From: Eledone cirrhosa
Lineage: Eukaryota
DNA length: 64,000 nucleotides
Assembly: GCA_964016885.1 (NCBI GenBank)
Contig: OZ024764.1
Location: 11,160,001 to 11,224,000, forward strand
Direction: 5' to 3'
Both the position numbers and the translations under genes were made by a program. Positions 38,301 to 51,500 of this stretch are shown in pieces. Position 1 is the first letter of the stretch. Each line of letters begins with the position of its first letter. Under the pieces are notes generated by a model that did not search any database, was not told the origin of the DNA, and worked only from the letters and a program-made list of their open reading frames with translations.

Positions 38301-41300
38301 TAGGAGACATGGTAAAAAGGCTCCCAGTCCACACTGTAAGGTGGTCATGTAGGAGACACAGTAAAAAGGCTCCCAGTCCACACTGTAAAGTGGTCATGTA
38401 GGAGACATGGTAAAAAGGCTCCCAGTCCACACTGTAAAGTGGTCATGTAGGAGACACAGTAAAAAGGCTCCCAGTCCACACTGTAAGGTGGTCATGTAGG
38501 AGACACAGTAAAAAGGCTCCCAGTCCACACTGTAAAGTGGTCATGTAGGAGACACAGTAAAAAGGCTCCCAGTCCACACTGTAAAGTGGTCATGTAGGAG
38601 ACACAGTAAAAAGGCTCCCAGTCCACATTGTAAGGTGGTCATGTAGGAGACACAGTGAAAAGGCTCCCAGACCACACTGTAAGGTGGTCATGTAGGAGAC
38701 ACAGTGAAAAGGCTCCCAGTCCACACTGTAAGGTGGTTGTGTAGGAGACACAGTGAAAAGGCTCCCAGTCCACACTGTAAGGTGGTCATGTAGGAGACAC
38801 AGTAAAAAGGCTCCCAGTCCACACTGCACTGTAAGGTGGTCATGTAGGAGACACAGTAAAAAGGCTCCCAGTCCACACTGTAAGGTGGTTGTGTAGGAGA
38901 CACAGTAAAAAGGCTCCCAGTCCACACTGTAAGGTGGTCATGTAGGAGACATGGTAAAAAGGCTCCCCGTCCACACTGTAAGGTGGTCATGTAGGAGACA
39001 TGGTAAAAAGGCTCCCAGTCCACACTGTAAGGTGGTCATGTAGGAGACACAGTAAAAAGGCTCCCAGTCCACACTGTAAAGTGGTCATGTAGGAGACACA
39101 GTAAAAAGGCTCCCAGTCCACACTGTAAGGTGGTCATGTAGGAGACACAGTAAAAAGGCTCCCAGTCCACACTGTAAAGTGGTCATGTAGGAGACACAGT
39201 AAAAAGGCTCCCAGTCCACACTGTAAGGTGGTCATGTAGGAGACACAGTGAAAAGGCTCCCAGTCCACACTGTAAAGTGGTCATGTAGGAGACACGGTAA
39301 AAAGGCTCCCAGTCCACACTGTAAAGTGGTCATGTAGGAGACACAGTAAAAAGGCTCCCAGTCCACACTGTAAAGTGGTCATGTAGGAGACACAGTAAAA
39401 AGGCTCCCAGTCCACACTGTAAGGTGGTCATGTAGGAGACACAGTGAAAAGGCTCCCAGACCACACTGTAAAGTGGTCATGTAGGAGACACAGTGAAAAG
39501 GCTCCCAGTCCACACTGTAAGGTGGTTGTGTAGGAGACAGTGAAAAGGCTCCCAGTCCACACTGTAAGGTGGTCATGTAGGAGACACAGTGAAAAGGCTC
39601 CCAGTCCACACTGTAAGGTGGTCATGTAGGAGACACGGTAAAAAGGCTCCCAGTCCACACTGTAAGGTGGTCATGTAGGAGACACGGTAAAAAGGCTCCC
39701 AGTCCACACTGTAAGGTGGTCATGTAGGAGACACAGTAAAAAGGCTCCCAGTCCACACTGCACTGTAAGGTGGTCATGTAGGAGACACGGTAAAAAGGCT
39801 CCCAGTCCACACTGTAAGGTGTCATGTAGGAGACACAGTAAAAAGGCTCCCAGTCCACACTGTAAAGTGGTCATGTAGGAGACACAGTAAAAAGGCTCCC
39901 AGTCCACACTGTAAGGTGGTCATGTAGGAGACACGGTAAAAAGGCTCCCAGTCCACACTGTAAAGTGGTCATGTAGGAGACACAGTAAAAAGGCTCCCAG
40001 TCCACACTGTAAAGTGGTCATGTAGGAGACACAGTAAAAAGGCTCCCAGTCCACACTGTAAAGTGGTCATGTAGGAGACACAGTGAAAAGGCTCCCAGTC
40101 CACACTGTAAAGTGGTCATGTAGGAGACACAGTAAAAAGGCTTCCAGTTCACGCTGTAAAGTGGTCGTGTAGGAGACACAGTACAAAGGCTCCCAGTCCA
40201 CACTGTAAAGTGGTCATGTAGGAGACACAGTAAAAAGGCTCCCAGTCCACACTGTAAAGTGGTCATGTAGGAGACACAGTAAAAAGGCTCCCAGTCCACA
40301 CTGTAAGGTGGTCATGTAGGAGACACAGTAAAAAGGCTCCCAGTCCACACTGTAAAGTGGTCATGTAGGAGACACAGTAAAAAGGCTCCCAGTCCACACT
40401 GTAAGGTGGTCATGTAGGAGACACAGTAAAAAGGCTCCCAGTCCACACTGTAAAGTGGTCATGTAGGAGACACAGTAAAAAGGCTCCCAGTCCACACTGT
40501 AAAGTGGTAGTGTAGGAGACATGGTAAAAAGGCTCCCAGTACACACTGTAAAGTGGTCATGTAGGAGACACAGTAAAAAGGCTCCCAGTACACACTGTAA
40601 AGTGGTCATGTAGGAGACACAGTGAAAAGGCTCCCAGTCCACACTGTAAAGTGGTCATGTAGGAGACACAGTGAAAAGGCTCCCAGTCCACACTGTAAAG
40701 TTGTGGTGTAGGAGACACAGTAAAAAGGCTCCCAGTCCACACTGTAAAGTGGTCATGTAGGAGACACAGTAAAAAGGCTCCCAGTCCACACTGCACTGTA
40801 AGGTGGTCATGTAGGAGACACAGTAAAAAGGCTCCCAGTCCACACTGTAAGGTGGTTGTGTAGGAGACACAGTAAAAAGGCTCCCAGTCCACACTGTAAG
40901 GTGGTCATGTAGGAGACATGGTAAAAAGGCTCCCAGTCCACACTGTAAGGTGGTCATGTAGGAGACATGGTAAAAAGGCTCCCAGTCCACACTGTAAGGT
41001 GGTCATGTAGGAGACACAGTAAAAAGGCTCCCAGTCCACACTGTAAAGTGGTCATGTAGGAGACACGGTAAAAAGGCTCCCAGTCCACACTGTAAAGTGG
41101 TCATGTAGGAGACACAGTAAAAAGGCTCCCAGTCCACACTGTAAGGTGGTCATGTAGGAGACACAGTAAAAAGGCTCCCAGTCCACACTGTAAAGTGGTC
41201 ATGTAGGAGACACAGTAAAAAGGCTCCCAGTCCACACTGTAAGGTGGTCATGTAGGAGACACAGTGAAAAGGCTCCCAGTCCACACTGTAAAGTGGTCAT

Positions 41301-42972
41301 GTAGGAGACACGGTAAAAAGGCTCCCAGTCCACACTGTAAAGTGGTCATGTAGGAGACACAGTAAAAAGGCTCCCAGTCCACACTGTAAAGTGGTCATGT
41401 AGGAGACACAGTAAAAAGGCTCCCAGTCCACACTGTAAGGTGGTCATGTAGGAGACACAGTGAAAAGGCTCCCAGACCACACTGTAAAGTGGTCATGTAG
41501 GAGACACAGTGAAAAGGCTCCCAGTCCACACTGTAAGGTGGTTGTGTAGGAGACACAGTGAAAAGGCTCCCAGTCCACACTGTAAGGTGGTCATGTAGGA
41601 GACACAGTGAAAAGGCTCCCAGTGTACACTGTAAGGTGGTCATGTAGGAGACACGGTAAAAAGGCTCCCAGTCCACACTGTAAGGTGGTCATGTAGGAGA
41701 CACGGTAAAAAGGCTCCCAGTCCACACTGTAAGGTGGTCATGTAGGAGACACAGTAAAAAGGCTCCCAGTCCACACTGCACTGTAAGGTGGTCATGTAGG
41801 AGACACGGTAAAAAGGCTCCCAGTCCACACTGTAAGGTGGTCATGTAGGAGACACAGTAAAAAGGCTCCCAGTCCACACTGTAAAGTGGTCATGTAGGAG
41901 ACACAGTAAAAAGGCTCCCAGTCCACACTGTAAGGTGGTCATGTAGGAGACACGGTAAAAAGGCTCCCAGTCCACACTGTAAGGTGGTCATGTAGGAGAC
42001 ACAGTAAAAAGGCTCCCAGTCCACACTGTAAGGTGGTCATGTAGGAGACACGGTAAAAAGGCTCCCAGTCCACACTGTAAGGTGGTCATGTAGGAGACAC
42101 AGTAAAAAGGCTCCCAGTCCACACTGTAAAGTGGTCATGTAGGAGACACAGTAAAAAGGCTCCCAGTCCACACTGTAAAGTGGTCATGTAGGAGACACAG
42201 TAAAAAGGCTCCCAGTCCACACTGTAAAGTGGTCATGTAGGAGACACAGTGAAAAGGCTCCCAGTCCACACTGTAAAGTGGTCATGTAGGAGACACAGTA
42301 AAAAGGCTTCCAGTTCACGCTGTAAAGTGGTCGTGTAGGAGACACAGTACAAAGGCTCCCAGTCCACACTGTAAAGTGGTCATGTAGGAGACACAGTAAA
42401 AAGGCTCCCAGTCCACACTGTAAAGTGGTCATGTAGGAGACACAGTAAAAAGGCTCCCAGTCCACACTGTAAGGTGGTCATGTAGGAGACACAGTAAAAA
42501 GGCTCCCAGTCCACACTGTAAAGTGGTCATGTAGGAGACACAGTAAAAAGGCTCCCAGTCCACACTGTAAGGTGGTCATGTAGGAGACACAGTAAAAAGG
42601 CTCCCAGTCCACACTGTAAAGTGGTAGTGTAGGAGACATGGTAAAAAGGCTCCCAGTACACACTGTAAAGTGGTCATGTAGGAGACACAGTAAAAAGGCT
42701 CCCAGTACACACTGTAAAGTGGTCATGTAGGAGACACAGTGAAAAGGCTCCCAGTTCACACTGTAAGGTGGTCATGTAGGAGACACAGTAAAAAGGCTCC
42801 CAGTCCACACTGTAATGTGGTTGGTGTTAGGAAGGGCATCCAGCTGTAAAGAAAACCTGTCAGAGACACTTCCGTGCGAGCGAGATGTGGTCTCCCGACC
42901 ATTCCTGCATCAAATGGAACAAAACCATCTAACCCATGCTAGCGTGGAAGATGGATGTAAAATGATGATGAT
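26355..42972 (+). mobile_element. 5'-truncated RTE LINE 3' end interrupted by satellite expansion in its 3' UTR
   Basis: 26355-26440 encodes DLAHLHLSRTI/LDRDLWRHAVVQKT (compare DLTRLHLSKTMSLDRDLWRYSVIEKT at 54548-54640). After the array, 42816-42972 resumes ggttggtgttaggaagggcatccagctgt...(gat)n. Confidence 0.85.
26542..42815. repeat. 49-bp satellite, about 332 units, with higher-order repeats
   Basis: Unit cagtccacactgtaa(g/a)gtggtcatgtaggagacacagt(a/g)aaaaggctcc. Diagnostic variants recur at 1767- and 4127-bp spacing. Confidence 0.98.
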
Positions 42973-42982
42973 ATATATACAC

Positions 42983-43960
42983 CAGTGGCGAAAGGTAACT
43001 TGGAAAGCAGGGCATGCAGTTCAATCGTCATGGCAGATGGTGGGGCTGTGGATCCCTACCAACCCATTCGCCAAATTATTCGTCATCCTCTCCTCCATTT
43101 GTAAATGTGATATAAGATAATTTTAATGTGGGAAAATGCACATCTACCAACAGACCACACTTGAGGCTTGATACCCCCTCTCCACTAGACACGATGTCTC
43201 CCCATTAGAAACAGCCTGGCGACAAGCCTGTCATGATATCTATTACATGAGAATTATGAGTAATAAAACCTTCAAATAATTGTTTCTACTTTAGGCACAA
43301 GGCCAGCAATTACCCAGTGCATTACTGGTACTTTATTTTATCGACCCCGTAAGGATGAAAGGCAAAGTCAACCTCGGCGGGATTTGAACTCGGATCGTAA
43401 AGAGACGTAACTATGCTGGAAAGCATGGCGTCCGACCCTCTACCGATACTGCCAATCCACCGCCCTTCAAATAATGAAATATTTAACATTCATTTGTAAA
43501 TCAATTCAATTCTTCATTTCTTTTTGCCATTTTTTATTGATCACTTTACAATAAAATGTATTAGCACCACACTTTACCTTCATCTTCTTCAAAAGGTCTT
43601 TATTCATGGAAATGAAGACCAAATTGCTCCCTTTGAGAACACCTTAATAATTATTTACTCCCTTTAATTAAGAAAACGATCTATCACATGCAGTAGATGT
43701 GGCAGTTATGGTCAGAATCAGGCGTAATAATTTTGTTACTTCTGTCAGAGCTTGATTTAGTTCAAGTTCCAGTATTATATCTGCGACTTGCTGGATGCTT
43801 TACGCTTGCTTTGCAAAATCTGCAGCATAAACTGATTTCAAAAACACTTACATTGGAAATTTTCTTTCGTAAGCGTGAAAAAGGTTTGACTGCAACAATT
43901 CCACAAATCTGAACTCTGCCATTGTTTTAAATCTTTGTTCAACGAGGACAATAATAAAAA
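42983..43960 (-). mobile_element. Degenerate hAT transposon 3' part (C-terminal dimerisation domain)
   Basis: Minus-strand ALTEVTKLLRLILTITATSTACDRSFS*LKGVNNY ... NLVFISMNKDLLKKM fits the hAT xSxxxERSFSxL motif. CAGTGGCG terminus-like sequence at 42983. Confidence 0.75.
43281..43463 (-). mobile_element. Full-length tRNA-derived SINE family A (Meta-domain-like) with 12-bp target site duplication
   Basis: A box TGGCAGTATCGG, B box GTTCAAATCC, core gcctttcatccttacggggtcgataaaataaagtaccag. ccttcaaataat duplicated at 43269-43280 and 43464-43475. Confidence 0.9.
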
Positions 43961-44066
43961 TAGAGTTTATTTTTTTTACATAACTTTAAAAAAAATAATT
44001 TGATATATTTAAAATCCAATTTTAAAGCATTACAATGATTAAATGGATGAAAATTTTACCTTTTTA

Positions 44067-44177
44067 ATACAGAGTCGGGCTAGATCGATACAGATCGAAA
44101 CTTGAGCTGATCAGTGGCGAAACACGTGTCACCTACCAATAAACGTAATGAAGGAGTAGCTAATTATCCTTGTTTTA

Positions 44178-44185
<8 letters not shown>
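44067..44185 (+). mobile_element. PLE-like family 3 remnant with mutated minimal hammerhead
   Basis: CTGATCA-GtggC-GAAA-CACGTG-TC at 44107-44130. 5' segment is inverted relative to the 23332 copy. Confidence 0.6.
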
Positions 44186-44213
<28 letters not shown>

Positions 44214-44216
<3 letters not shown>

Positions 44217-45101
44217 TCATCATCATCATCAACGTTTAACGTCCGTGTTCCACGCTTGCATGGGTTTGGACGGAGGTAGTCCCACTTGAGGCAAGAGTGA
44301 TTGTCTTGCTCGCATAGGACTGTCTGGCAGGTTTTCTACAGCTGGATGCCCTTCCTAACACCAACCACATTTACAGTGTGGGGCTGGGAGGTTTTTACCG
44401 TGTTGCCTACACGGCCACATTACAGCGTGGACTGTCTGGCAGGTTTTCTACAGTTGGATGCCCTTCCTAACACCAACCACATTTACAGTGTGGGGCTGGG
44501 AGGTTTTTACCGTGTTGCCTACACGGCCACATTACAGCGTGGACTGTCTGGCGGGTTTTCTACAGCTGGATGCCCTTCCTAACACCAACCACATTTACAG
44601 TGTGGGGCTGGGAGGTTTTTACCGTGTTGCCTACACGGCCACATTACAGCGTGGACTGTCTGGCGGGTTTTCTACAGCTGGATGCCCTTCCTAACACCAA
44701 CCACATTTACAGTGTGGGTCTGGGAGGTTTTTACCGTGTTGCCTACACGGCCACATTTACAGCGTGGACTGTGTGTTTTTTTGTCGTGACACCTACACGA
44801 TCTCATTTGTTTCGGCCTGGATGGTGCGGCACCAACATAACTTTACATAGAAGGGGGCGGTGTGGAGGGGGTGGGGGTGGTGGGACGGGGGGGGGGGGGG
44901 TATTTTGTTAGAGATGCCTACTGGCTGTAGTAGGTTTTACTATGTATTTAGGTAAGGCGGGTCTTCTCTGTTACTGAGTACCGCCAAAGGTCTCGGTCCA
45001 GTGACATTGTCTTGGAGAGGTGTAAGTGTGTGAGGTCAGAGTTTATCAGCTCGTCCCAGGTTTTTCTAGGTCTGCCTATTCCGTGGCTACCGTCTATCTT
45101 T
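44214..45101 (-). mobile_element. 5'-truncated RTE LINE with four 112-bp units in the 3' UTR
   Basis: Near-identical to 54047-54700. ggactgtctgg at 44317, 44429, 44541 and 44653. Confidence 0.9.
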
Positions 45102-45159
45102 ATATATATAAAAATATATATATATATATATATATAAAAATATATATATATATATTTAT

Positions 45160-45414
45160 CTAGGGCGGGTAAAATTCCTGAGATCCATGGACGAGTTCTC
45201 TCCAGCGGTCTCTGTCCCTCATTATCGCTGCCATGTCCTGCGTCTCCAACAGACCAGTGTCTGTCCTTAGGGCATCAACATACGTTAACCTTGGTCTTCC
45301 TCTTCCAGTGTGTCTATGTAGGGGCTCCCACAGGAGCACTGAGTGCAATGTCAACTCTGGATGTCGGTGAGCATGTCCAGCTAACCTCAGTCTCCTCTGT
45401 GTCACTTTTGAGCT
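45160..45414 (-). pseudogene. Second RTE-like LINE family, RT C-terminal fragment
   Basis: SSKVTQRRLRLAGHAHRHPELTLHSVLLWEPLHRHTGRGRPRLTYVDALRTDTGL...MRDRDRWR. Homologues at 57130-57230 and 58436-58698. Confidence 0.85.
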
Positions 45415-45590
45415 ATATATATATATATATATATATATAGTGTTTTGATAATCTAGCTGGTGATAACTGTACTTAAAATCAATTGTCACAGCCGCACAGC
45501 AGATAACGATTTTTAGACTCTGGGCCAATGAAACGTTTGTTAATACTTGCAACTTCCCTTGACCACCTCTGTCCAGGTCTTCCTCATTAC

Positions 45591-48500
45591 ATGCCTGCCT
45601 GTACCAGTACAATGCCCAAGTCTTCCTTGGTCTTCTTCTTACACAGCTTCCATCCACTAGGAACTCCTGGTACCCCATCACTCTACAATCATCACCCATA
45701 CACATTATGTGCCTGCCTGTACCAGTACAATGCCCGAGTCTTCCTTGGTCTTCCTCTCACACAGCTTCCATCCACTAGGAACTCCTGGTACCTCATCACT
45801 CTACAATCATCACCCATACACATTATGTGCCTACCTGGACCAGTACAATGCCCAAGTCTTCCTTGGTCTTCCTCTCACACAGCTTCCATCCACTAGGAAC
45901 TCCTGGTACCTCATCACTCTACAATCATCATCCATACACATTATGTGCCTGCCTGGACCAGTACAATGCCCGAGTCTTCCTTGGTCTTCCTCTCACACAG
46001 CTTCCATCCACTAGGAACTCCTGGTACCTCATCACCCTACAATCATCACCTATACACATTATGTGCCTGCCTGGACCAGTACAATGCCCAAGTCTTCCTT
46101 GGTCTTCCTCTCACACAGCTTCCATCCACTAGGAACTCCTGGTACCTCATCACCCTACAATCATCACCTATACACATTATGTGCCTGCCTGGACCAGTAC
46201 AATGCCCAAGTCTTCCTTGGTCTTCCTCTTACACAGCTTCCATCCACTAGGAACTCCTGGTACCTCATCACCCTACAATCATCATCCATACACATTATGT
46301 GCCTGCCTGGACCAGTACAATGCCCAAGTCTTCCTTGGTCTTCCTCTCACACAGCTTCCATCCACTAGGAACTCCTGGTACCTCATCACCCTACAATCAT
46401 CACCTATACACATTATGTGCCTGCCTGGACCAGTACAATGCCCAAGTCTTCCTTGGTCTTCCTCTCACACAGCTTCCATCCACTAGGAACTCCTGGTACC
46501 TCATCACCCTACAATCATCACCTATACACATTATGTGCCTGCCTGGACCAGTACAATGCCCAAGTCTTCCTTGGTCTTCCTCTTACACAGCTTCCATCCA
46601 CTAGGAACTCCTGGTACCTCATCACCCTACAATCATCATCCATACACATTATGTGCCTGCCTGGACCAGTACAATGCCCAAGTCTTCCTTGGTCTTCCTC
46701 TCACACAGCTTCCATCCACTAGGAACTCCTGGTACCTCATCACCCTACAATCATCACCTATACACATTATGTGCCTGCCTGGACCAGTACAATGCCCAAG
46801 TCTTCCTTGGTCTTCCTCTCACACAGCTTCCATCCACTAGGAACTCCTGGTACCTCATCACCCTACAATCATCACCTATACACATTATGTGCCTGCCTGG
46901 ACCAGTACAATGCCCAAGTCTTCCTTGGTCTTCTTCTTACACAGCTTCCATCCACTAGGAACTCCTGGTACCTCATCACCCTACAATCATCATCCATACA
47001 CATTATGTGCCTGCCTGGACCAGTACAATGCCCAAGTCTTCCTTGGTCTTCCTCTCACACAGCTTCCATCCACTAGGAACTCCTGGTACCTCATCACCCT
47101 ACAATCATCACCTATACACATTATGTGCCTGCCTGGACCAGTACAATGCCCAAGTCTTCCTTGGTCTTCCTCTTACACAGCTTCCATCCACTAGGAACTC
47201 CTGGTACCTCATCACCCTACAATCATCACCCATACACATTATGTGCCTTCCTGGACCAGTACAATGCCCAAGTCTTCCTTGGTCTTGTTCTTACACAGCT
47301 TCCATCAACTAGGAACTCCTGGTACCTCATCACCCTACAATCATCACCCATACACATTATGTGCCTGCCTGGACCAGTACAATGCCCAAGTCTTCCTTGG
47401 TCTTCCTCTTACACAGCTTCCATCCACTAGGAACTCCTGGTACCTCATCACCCTACAATCATCACCCATACACATTATGTGCCTGCCTGGACCAGTACAA
47501 TGCCCAAGTCTTCCTTGGTCTTCCTCTTACACAGCTTCCATCCACTAGGAACTCCTGGTACCTCATCACCCTACAATCATCACCCATACACATTATGTGC
47601 CTGCCTGGACCAGTACAATGCCCGAGTCTTCCTTGGTCTTCCTCTCACACAGCTTCCATCCACTAGGAACTCCTGGTACCTCATCACCCTACAATCATCA
47701 CCCATACACATTATGTGCCTGCCTGGACCAGTACAATGCCCAAGTCTTCCTTGGTCTTCCTCTCACACAGCTTCCATCCACTAGGAACTCCTGGTACCTC
47801 ATCACCCTACAATCATCACCCATACACATTATGTGCCTGCCTGGACCAGTACAATGCCCGAGTCTTCCTTGGTCTTCTTCTTACACAGCTTCCATCCACT
47901 AGGAACTCCTGGTACCTCATCACCCTACAATCATCACCCATACACATTATGTGCCTGCCTGGACCAGTACAATGCCCAAGTCTTCCTTGGTCTTCCTCTC
48001 ACACAGCTTCCATCCACTAGGAACTCCTGGTACCTCATCACTCTACAATCATCACCCATACACATTATGTGCCTGCCTGGACCAGTACAATGCCCAAGTC
48101 TTCCTTGGTCTTGTTCTTACACAGCTTCCATCAACTAGGAACTCCTGGTACCTCATCACTCTACAATCATCATCCATACACATTATGTGCCTGCCTGGAC
48201 CAGTACAATGCCCATGTCTTCCTTGGTCTTCCTCTCACACAGCTTCCATCCACTAGGAACTCCTGGTACCTCATCACTCTACAATCATCACCCATACACA
48301 TTATGTGCCTGCCTGGACCAGTACAATGCCCAAGTCTTCCTTGGTCTTCCGCTTACACAGCTTCCATCCACTAGGAACTCCTGGTACCTCATCACTCTAC
48401 AATCATCATCCATACACATTATGTGCCTGCCTGGACCAGTACAATGCCCAAGTCTTCCTTGGTCTTCATCTTACACAGCTTCCATCCACTAGGAACTCCT

Positions 48501-51500
48501 GGTACCTCATCACTCTACAATCATCATCCATACACATTATGTGCCTGCCTGGACCAGTACAATGCCCAAGTCTTCCTTGGTCTTCTTCTTACACAGCTTC
48601 CATCCACTAGGAACTCCTGGTACCTCATCACTCTACAATCATCATCCATACACATTATGTGCCTGCCTGGACCAGTACAATGCCCAAGTCTTCCTTGGTC
48701 TTCTTCTTACACAGCTTCCATCCACTAGGAACTCCTGGTACCTCATCACTCTACAATCATCACCCATACACATTATGTGCCTGCCTGGACCAGTACAATG
48801 CCCAAGTCTTCCTTGGTCTTCCGCTTACACAGCTTCCATCAACTAGGAACTCCTGGTACCTCATCACTCTACAATCATCATCCATACACATTATGTGCCT
48901 GCCTGGACCAGTACAATGCCCAAGTCTTCCTTGGTCTTCTTCTTACACAGCTTCCATCCACTAGGAACTCCTGGTACCTCATCACTCTACAATCATCATC
49001 CATTCACATTATGTGCCTGCCTGGACCAGTACAATGCCCAAGTCTTCCTTGGTCTTCTACTTACACAGCTTCCATCCACTAGGAACTCCTGGTACCTCAT
49101 CACTCTACAATCATCACCCATACACATTATGTGCCTGCCTGGACCAGTACAATGCCCAAGTCTTCCTTGGTCTTCATCTTACACAGCTTCCATCCACTAG
49201 GAACTCCTGGTACCTCATCACTCTACAATCATCATCCATACACATTATGTGCCTGCCTGGACCAGTACAATGCCCAAGTCTTCCTTTGTCTTCTTCTTAC
49301 ACAGCTTCCATCCACTAGGAACTCCTGGTACCTCATCACCCTACAATCATCACCCATACACATTATGTGCCTGCCTGGACCAGTACAATGCCCAAGTCTT
49401 CCTTGGTCTTCCCCTTACACAGCTTCCATCAACTAGGAACTCCTGGTACCTCATCACTCTACAATCATCACCCATACACATTATGTGCCTGCCTGGACCA
49501 GTACAATGCCCAAGTCTTCCTTGGTCTTCCACTTACACAGCTTCCATCCACTAGGAACTCCTGGTACCTCATCACCCTACAATCATCACCCATACACATT
49601 ATGTGCCTGCCTGGACCAGTACAATGCCCAAGTCTTCCTTGGTCTTCCGCTTACACAGCTTCCATCCACTAGGAACTCCTGGTACCTCATCACCCTACAA
49701 TCATCACCCATACACATTATGTGCCTGCCTGGACCAGTACAATGCCCGAGTCTTCCTTGGTCTTCCTCTCACACAGCTTCCATCCACTAGGAACTCCTGG
49801 TACCTCATCATCCATACACATTATGTGCCTGCCTGGACCAGTACAATGCCCAAGTCTTCCTTGGTCTTCCTCTCACACAGCTTCCATCCACTAGGAACTC
49901 CTGGTACCTCATCATCCATACACATTATGTGCCTGCCTGGACCAGTACAATGCCCGAGTCTTCCTTGGTCTTCCTCTTACACAGCTTCCATCCACTAGGA
50001 ACTCCTGGTACCTCATCACTCTACAATCATCACCCATACACATTATGTGCCTGCCTGGACCAGTACAATGCCCAAGTCTTCCTTGGTCTTCCCCTCACAC
50101 AGCTTCCATCCACTAGGAACTCCTGGTACCTCATCACTCTACAATCATCACCCATACACATTATGTGCCTGCCTGGACCAGTACAATGCCCAAGTCTTCC
50201 TTGGTCTTCCTCTCACACAGCTTCCATCCACTAGGAACTCCTGGTACCTCATCAATCTACAATCATCACCCATACACATTATGTGCCTGCCTGGACCAGT
50301 ACAATGCCCAAGTCTTCCTTGGTCTTCCTCATACACAGCTTCCATCCACTAGGAACTCCTGGTACCTCATCACCCATACACATTATGTGCCTGCCTGGAC
50401 CAGTACAATGCCCAAGTCTTCCTTGGTCTTCCTCATACACAGCTTCCATCCACTAGGAACTCCTGGTACCTCATCACCCTACAATCATCACCCATACACA
50501 TTATGTGCCTGCCTGGACCAGTACAATGCCCAAGTCTTCCTTGGTCTTCTTCTTACACAGCTTCCATCCACTAGGAACTCCTGGTACCTCATCACTCTAC
50601 AATCATCATCCATACACATTATGTGCCTGCCTGGACCAGTACAATGCCCGAGTCTTCCTTGGTCTTCTTCTTACACAGCTTCCATCCACTAGGAACTCCT
50701 GGTACCTCATCACTCTACAATCATCACCCATACACATTATGTGCCTGCCTGGACCAGTACAATGCCCGAGTCTTCCTTGGTCTTCTTCTTACACAGCTTC
50801 CATCCACTAGGAACTCCTGGTACCTCATCACTCTACAATCATCACCCATACACATTATGTGCCTGCCTGGACCAGTACAATGCCCGAGTCTTCCTTGGTC
50901 TTCTTCTTACACAGCTTCCATCCACTAGGAACTGCTGGTACCTCATCACTCTACAATCATCACCCATACACATTATGTGCCTGCCTGGACCAGTACAATG
51001 CCCGAGTCTTCCTTGGTCTTCTTCTTACACAGCTTCCATCCACTAGGAACTCCTGGTACCTCATCACCCTACAATCATCACCCATACACATTATGTGCCT
51101 GCCTGGACCAGTACAATGCCCGAGTCTTCCTTGGTCTTCTTCTTACACAGCTTCCATCCACTAGGAACTCCTGGTACCTCATCACTCTACAATCATCACC
51201 CATACACATTATGTGCCTGCCTGGACCAGTACAATGCCCAAGTCTTCCTTGGTCTTGTTCTTACACAGCTTCCATCCACTAGGAACTCCTGGTACCTCAT
51301 CACCCTACAATCACCACCCATACACATTATGTGCCTGCCTGGACCAGTACAATGCCCGAGTCTTCCTTGGTCTTCCTCTTACACAGCTTCCATCCACTAG
51401 GAACTCCTGGTACCTCATCACCCTACAATCATCACCCATACACATTATGTGCCTGCCTGGACCAGTACAATGCCCAAGTCTTCCTTGGTCTTGTTCTTAC

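Noticed and set aside
26542-42815. CRISPR-like array or coding repeat (many MDWEPF ORFs)
   Set aside because: Units are head-to-tail with no unique spacers, no cas genes are present, the context is eukaryotic, and 49 is not a multiple of 3.
43852-43922. Apparent first exon MAEFRFVELLQSNLFHAYERKFP with good start context and GTAAGT
   Set aside because: Lies collinear within the degenerate hAT transposase remnant, and no in-phase downstream exon was found.
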